This document shows, in pieces, positions 59,131 to 64,000 of a stretch of DNA of 64,000 nucleotides; positions within the stretch are counted from its first letter, which is position 1; each line of letters opens with the position of its first letter. The stretch lies in the NCBI GenBank assembly GCA_947170195.1, contig CAMVSS010000001.1:2371-66370 (forward strand). Reading direction: 5' to 3'. The notes under the pieces were generated by a model that saw only the letters and a list, made by a program, of their open reading frames with translations, was not told the DNA's origin and did no database searches. The position numbers and the translations under genes are program-made. Origin of the DNA: an uncultured Treponema sp. (lineage in GTDB: Bacteria; Spirochaetota; Spirochaetia; Treponematales; Treponemataceae).

Positions 59131-60027
59131 CTATATTTCTTCGCGGTTTATTATATCGGCATAGCTGAGGAGAAATTCCCAGATAGGTTCATACCAGTTT
59201 TTGGTTTTTGCTCCTGCTTCAAGATATTGCTCAAATGTAGCGCGGATATGGTCCCTGACTTGGAGCGCAACTTCCTCGCTAAAACCTTCCGGCTTTGTAA
59301 ACATTTCCGAAATGAATTTCCGTGCGTCTTCAACGGAAACCAGCTCCGGAAAGTTTGAGGTTGCGACGTAAAGTGCCGCCGGAATGCAGTTGACCGAATG
59401 CTGTTTTACATACAGAACTGTCTCGCTGATTTCAAGAGCATCATCGTACAATTCCTTTTCCCAGTTCTGTTTTTCTATTTCGGTAAAATCTTCCTCGTCA
59501 AAAATCTTGCGGTAAAATCCCCATGCGAGAAAAACCGTGGAGACATGGAGGCTCGGAACGCAGAGGAAATGCGGGTCCAGCGCGTGAATTTGTCGGAATT
59601 CGCGCATTTCTTTGTAGTTCGGCCGGTCGGTCGTGGTGAGTCGGAAGTGATAAATCTTTCCGCAGCTTTGGTAGAGCTTTCTGAACCGGAGCATCCATTT
59701 TTTTGTCAGGCGGCTCGCATGCCAGAACCCGAACTTTTTGACGAGCATTGCGAGCGGACGAACCCATAAATTGATGAAATCGAGGTAAATTCCGACTTTT
59801 GACGGCGTGAAAGGAATTTTTTTATCGAGCGGATGGTCAACATGTACTACGGGAATGTGAAGAATATGGAATTTTTCGAAATATTGCAGGAAGAAGAATT
59901 CTTTTAGAATCGTTGCGAAGCACTTGAAATTTGTGATAAAACTCGGCGGTCCAAAAAGTACGCCCGCATAGGCAACGAGAGGATTAAATGATTTGAGTGG
60001 TTTGTCGTTGTAGATTTTTGGCTTCAT
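59131..60027 (-). CDS. hypothetical protein with PAP2-like motifs
   Basis: CVPSLHV and LYVKQHSVNC resemble the PAP2 C2/C3 motifs. Confidence 0.6.
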   Translation of the reverse strand: MKPKIYNDKPLKSFNPLVAYAGVLFGPPSFITNFKCFATILKEFFFLQYFEKFHILHIPVVHVDHPLDKKIPFTPSKVGIYLDFINLWVRPLAMLVKKFGFWHASRLTKKWMLRFRKLYQSCGKIYHFRLTTTDRPNYKEMREFRQIHALDPHFLCVPSLHVSTVFLAWGFYRKIFDEEDFTEIEKQNWEKELYDDALEISETVLYVKQHSVNCIPAALYVATSNFPELVSVEDARKFISEMFTKPEGFSEEVALQVRDHIRATFEQYLEAGAKTKNWYEPIWEFLLSYADIINREEI

Positions 60028-60186
60028 TGATTTCTATTCGCGCAAACAATACAAAATTCTTTGTAGCGTTCGAAATGATAGTAAAAATATACAAAAAATT
60101 CTACATTGATGCGCTTAAAATTAACAATGGGGATTTTTTCTTTAAAAATAAACTGAAATTTTCAATTCTTTCCAACAAAACTTATA

Positions 60187-60237
60187 TTGACAGACATAAA
60201 ATACCGTTATATTCTTTATTCATATTTATAGGAGGAC
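60187..60237 (+). promoter_or_regulatory. sigma70 promoter and strong RBS
   Basis: TTGACA 60187, N17, TATTCT 60210; AGGAGGA 60231-60237. Confidence 0.7.
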
Positions 60238-60244
60238 TTTTCTA

Positions 60245-60652
60245 ATGAAAAAGTTTTTTGCTATTGTTTTGACAGCTGTTTTGGCTGCTAACGTTTTCGC
60301 ATCTAAGAGAATGGGTGCTGGTCTTGGCTACAAATTGGTTGGACAGAAAGAAGGACTCATTTTCGACCTTCTCGGATGGTGGCTCAACGGTATTGTTTAC
60401 CCATCACAGCCAATCTCTTTGATCGTCGGATCATGGGGTGCTGAGGACGGTGCTCGCTTCGGTTGTGGTCTTGGCTACAAAGTATGCGCAGACAAAGAAG
60501 GAATCATTTTCGACCTTCTCGGATGGTGGCTCAACGCTGTAGTTTACCCATCACAGCCAATCGCTATGATCATCGGATCATGGGGTGCTGATGAAATGGC
60601 TATCAACAATGTTGACAGCAACCTCAACATCGCTCTCGCTGATGTTCAGTAA
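60245..60652 (+). CDS. secreted tandem-repeat protein, DUF3015-like module x2
   Basis: Signal peptide plus two 49-aa units G(A/C)GLGYK..KEG.IFDLLGWWLN..VYPSQPI..I.GSWGA; codon usage like highly expressed genes. Confidence 0.82.
   Translation: MKKFFAIVLTAVLAANVFASKRMGAGLGYKLVGQKEGLIFDLLGWWLNGIVYPSQPISLIVGSWGAEDGARFGCGLGYKVCADKEGIIFDLLGWWLNAVVYPSQPIAMIIGSWGADEMAINNVDSNLNIALADVQ
60308..60592 (+). repeat. 147-bp-period intragenic tandem duplication
   Basis: Units 60308-60445 and 60455-60592 share long identical stretches, e.g. TTTTCGACCTTCTCGGATGGTGGCTCAACG. Confidence 0.9.
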
Positions 60653-60684
60653 TTTAACCTTATAGGTATTACTGGTATTCCGTT

Positions 60685-62571
60685 ATGTCGTTAAAAACTA
60701 ACGGAGTAAAAAATAGGCAGGTTCTAATCTGCCTATTTTTTTTACTCTTTTTTGCATTTACACAAAGCTTCGCAGCGGAAGCGGATATTAAAAAAGTTAT
60801 AGAAAAAGCAGAATCACTTAAGCTTTACGAAGACAATTATTGGCACAAACTCCTTCACTATAAACAAACTTTTTTAGGTTATAAAAGCACAATAACAAGT
60901 GAAAATTTCTTTTTGGCAACGGATGGGGCAAAAAATCCGCGAGCAGAACTTGCGGCGGATATCCGTGCGTTTATGAATGGCGAGCACGTCAATGAATTTC
61001 CTGCGCGCTTTCAATGGCTTAAGAATAAACTTGAATCAGAATCTGAAATTTATTTTAGTGATGAACTTGATGCGGCATATCAGGAGGTAAAAAAATCTTC
61101 CGATTTTGTCGCTGCATATATTATTTTCCCGGCCGGTTATTTAAAAAATCCAGCCTCGATTTTTGGTCATACATTGCTGCTCTTTGAGTCGGCTGGCAAA
61201 CCGCTTAAAGATGGCATGACTTTTGCCTTTATTGCTGATGCGGGAAACGACAGTCAGACCGCAATCGCATTGAAGGGATTGGCAGGCACTTATACGGGGC
61301 ATTTTGTGTTCTCACCTTATTCGACGCAGATTGCAAAGTACAGCGAAATAGAATCTCGCGATATCTGGGAATATAAGCTGATTTTGACGGATGAGCAGCT
61401 CGACATGCTTTTGCGACATACAATGGAACTCGAGGCCGCTCATGCTCCGTATCAGTATCTTGAGAAGAACTGTACATATTTTCTGGTTGAGGCTCTTGAA
61501 ATTGCTTATCCTGACAGCGATCTCGTTCTTGATATGGGTCCGGTTGCAGAACCGGTGGAGGCTGTTAAGCTTTTGTATAACAAAAAACTTGCAGAAAAAC
61601 CGACCTACCGCCCGTCAATCGCTTCCCGTGCGGAATCACAAAAAGAACGTCTTTCGCTCAGGCAGATAAATAAAACTTCGGACTTTACATTCGGAAAAAT
61701 CAATGTTGATGAGCTGAATGAAGTTCTTCCGACGGACGAAGAAAAACTTATCGCCTATAATCTCGCGGTTAACAAAATGAAGATGCGCGTTTACTCAGGC
61801 GATCTTGAGCGCGAAAAATACCTTGATAGGGCTACATCTCTTTCTGACCGCGCGAATACGATTCCGCTGAAAATAAGCGATAACGTTGAGAGCTTCGATT
61901 ATCCTCATCTTGGTCACGATTTGCACAGAGTCGGCGTGGCAATCGGAAAGGACGACGGAAAACTGTTCAATCAGTACTATTTCAGATTTGCAAGTCAGGA
62001 TATCTTTGATATAGACACCGGAATGCTGAAAAACACGCAGCTTTCGTTTCTGAGCGGATCTTTTACGTTCTACCCAAACAGATTGAAATGCCGTCTTGAT
62101 GAGATTGATTTGTTCAATATACGCTCTGTTCCTGCTTCGGATCTTTTCTTTTTGGATCAGGCGTATGACATGAGGCTTGGAATCGGGCGCAATCAAAAGG
62201 ATAAAGATTCTGATTCGCTGGCGCTGAGGATAAAATCTTTCTACGGACTTAGCTGCAATTTGACCAAGTGGAATCAGGTTTATTTGCAAACGGGATTTGA
62301 TGCATTTGTAAATCCGTTCTATAAATGGTATGTGGATTTTATTCCGGGTGCTGAGGCTGGTATTATAACTTCAGTCGGGCGTTGGAAGCAGAATTTATAC
62401 GGATTTGTTGGATATGGCTGTGTTTCGAAACGGCATCTGAGGGTAAATCTCTCTGCTGATGAAACTATTGCGGTTGCCAGAAATCTTATGTTATCAGCAA
62501 ATTACACTTTCACCAGGGATTACGGCGACAATAAGCATAAGTTTGGGCTGTCTGCGCAGATAAGTTTCTAG
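60685..62571 (+). CDS. Lnb/DUF4105-like periplasmic Cys-His domain fused to a C-terminal beta-barrel-like domain
   Basis: Signal peptide; WHKLLHY, FFLA.DG..NPRAEL, FPARF.WL, PASIFGHTLL, RDIWEY.L, Y.YLEKNC; alternating-strand C-terminal region ending in Phe. Confidence 0.85.
   Translation: MSLKTNGVKNRQVLICLFFLLFFAFTQSFAAEADIKKVIEKAESLKLYEDNYWHKLLHYKQTFLGYKSTITSENFFLATDGAKNPRAELAADIRAFMNGEHVNEFPARFQWLKNKLESESEIYFSDELDAAYQEVKKSSDFVAAYIIFPAGYLKNPASIFGHTLLLFESAGKPLKDGMTFAFIADAGNDSQTAIALKGLAGTYTGHFVFSPYSTQIAKYSEIESRDIWEYKLILTDEQLDMLLRHTMELEAAHAPYQYLEKNCTYFLVEALEIAYPDSDLVLDMGPVAEPVEAVKLLYNKKLAEKPTYRPSIASRAESQKERLSLRQINKTSDFTFGKINVDELNEVLPTDEEKLIAYNLAVNKMKMRVYSGDLEREKYLDRATSLSDRANTIPLKISDNVESFDYPHLGHDLHRVGVAIGKDDGKLFNQYYFRFASQDIFDIDTGMLKNTQLSFLSGSFTFYPNRLKCRLDEIDLFNIRSVPASDLFFLDQAYDMRLGIGRNQKDKDSDSLALRIKSFYGLSCNLTKWNQVYLQTGFDAFVNPFYKWYVDFIPGAEAGIITSVGRWKQNLYGFVGYGCVSKRHLRVNLSADETIAVARNLMLSANYTFTRDYGDNKHKFGLSAQISF
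60704..60747 (+). terminator. terminator/attenuator hairpin inside the 5' end of the downstream gene
   Basis: GAGTAAAAAATAGGCAG-N8-CTGCCTATTTTTTTTACTC. Confidence 0.7.
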
Positions 62572-62581
62572 GACGCGGCCT

Positions 62582-64000
62582 ATGCTTACTTACAGTTTTG
62601 AAAACATCACCGACCCGCTTTATGAGCATCTTTATAAATGTATAAAGGCTGATATAAATGCGGGCAGGCTTTCTGCGGGATTTCATCTGCCATCGAAGCG
62701 GAGTTTTGCCCGCAACCTGAACGTAAGCATAATTACAATCGAAAATGCCTATAACCAGCTGATGGACGAAGGATATGTCTATTCTTTGCCAAAGCGTGGC
62801 TATTTTGTCAGCGATATTTCCAGCATTTATAAAATCAAAAAAAATGAACAGATAGATCTGAATATCCGCCTGCCTGACAAAAACGATTCTTTCAAAATTG
62901 AACTTTCGAGCAATCAGACTCGTGCGGAGAATTTTCCGTTTTCGGTCTGGGCCAGGCTTTTGAGGGATGCCATTTCGAATCACTCGGACGAGCTGATGGT
63001 GCCGAGTCCGTGCGGCGGAATTTTGCAGCTGAGGGAAGCCATAGCTTCCTATCTTTCTTCTTTTCGGGGAATGAATGTTGATCCGAATCAGATTGTTGTT
63101 GGTGCGGGTACTGAATATCTTTATTCCCTTCTGATTCAGCTTCTGGGGCGCGATAAAAATTATTGTGTTGAAAATCCGGGATATCATAAAATCGCCAAGA
63201 TTTATGCGGCAAACAATGTTTCCTTTGAATATTCCAATCTTGATGAGGATGGAATCAGCGTTGAAGAACTGAAAAAATCTGGCGCGGAGATTGTTCATAT
63301 CAGTCCGACCCATCATTTTCCGACCGGAATTACGATGCCTGTTAAGAGACGCTATGAGCTTTTGGCGTGGGCAAATGAAAAAGACGAACGTTTTATAATA
63401 GAAGATGATTACGACAGCGAATTCCGTTTTTCGGGAAAGCCGATTCCGACTTTGTTCAGCATCGACGATTGCGGCAAGGTGATTTACGTAAACACATTCT
63501 CAAAGTCCCTTGCATCGACAGTACGAATCAGCTACATGATTCTTCCGGTGAGGCTCGCCAATATTTTTTATGAGCGGATGAATTTTTATTCGTGCACGGT
63601 CTCGAATTTTGAGCAGCTGACGCTTGCAAAATTTATCAGCGAGGGATGTTTCGAAAAGCATATTAATAGAATGAGACTGTTCTATGCCCGGCAGAGGCAG
63701 AGTGTTTTTGAATGCATAAAATCAAGCGAGCTGTCCCAAAGGTGCCGGGTGAGTGAAAAAGATTCCGGGCTGCATTTTATTCTTGAATTTGACACTGGTT
63801 TTTCGGACGATGAGCTGTGCAACAGGTTCCGGGATGTGGGAATTCTTATTTCTCCTCTTTCTGATTTTTATTTGGATAAAAAAACTGCACCAGAGCACAA
63901 ATTTATATTAAATTATTCAAATATTGATATAAAAACACTTGCCAAATCGCTTAATTTGATGTCACAATGTTTTATAAGCAAAAAGTCTCCCACGCCTTAA
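62582..64000 (+). CDS. MocR/PdxR-type regulator (GntR HTH + PLP aminotransferase-like domain)
   Basis: LPSKRSFARNLNVS..AYNQL..EGY, ENPGY, SPTHHFPTG, IEDDYDSEFR, TFSKSL; TAA at the window end. Confidence 0.93.
   Translation: MLTYSFENITDPLYEHLYKCIKADINAGRLSAGFHLPSKRSFARNLNVSIITIENAYNQLMDEGYVYSLPKRGYFVSDISSIYKIKKNEQIDLNIRLPDKNDSFKIELSSNQTRAENFPFSVWARLLRDAISNHSDELMVPSPCGGILQLREAIASYLSSFRGMNVDPNQIVVGAGTEYLYSLLIQLLGRDKNYCVENPGYHKIAKIYAANNVSFEYSNLDEDGISVEELKKSGAEIVHISPTHHFPTGITMPVKRRYELLAWANEKDERFIIEDDYDSEFRFSGKPIPTLFSIDDCGKVIYVNTFSKSLASTVRISYMILPVRLANIFYERMNFYSCTVSNFEQLTLAKFISEGCFEKHINRMRLFYARQRQSVFECIKSSELSQRCRVSEKDSGLHFILEFDTGFSDDELCNRFRDVGILISPLSDFYLDKKTAPEHKFILNYSNIDIKTLAKSLNLMSQCFISKKSPTP

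Overview
Chromosomal segment of a spirochaete, most likely a gut or rumen pectin-using Treponema. The organism is inferred from a long archaeal-type PheS, the DUF5312-dgcA-rhomboid block, the M23-bactofilin-yaaR-ricT block, GerMN and Treponema-style intergenic repeats. Bases 1-25 kb hold a dispersed hexuronate/pectin catabolism region: galM, uxaA, uxaB, kdgK, two SDRs, an oligosaccharide ABC importer, a LacI-sensor/pseudo-kinase/AraC hybrid regulator and a PPi-type PFK. Interleaved with it are a low-GC remnant island (6.1-7.4 kb), a dense DnaA-box cluster (16.2-16.4 kb) and proS. Bases 25-36.5 kb hold a complete STAS/CheD/CheR/CheB chemosensory cluster with an MshEN-like insert in CheA, a frameshifted MCP, a cytoplasmic MCP/CheZ-like protein and a MinD/FlhG-like ATPase. 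Bases 37-44.6 kb hold a tandem TetR, TolC, MFP, RND and PII-like efflux operon. Bases 45-59 kb are mostly core genes. Bases 60.2-62.6 kb hold an unusual secreted tandem-repeat (DUF3015-like) protein with an Lnb/DUF4105-like Cys-His enzyme-barrel partner, the best candidate here for an undescribed system. No rRNA, tRNA, CRISPR array or transposase was recognised. All family assignments come from motif recognition by eye, not from database searches.
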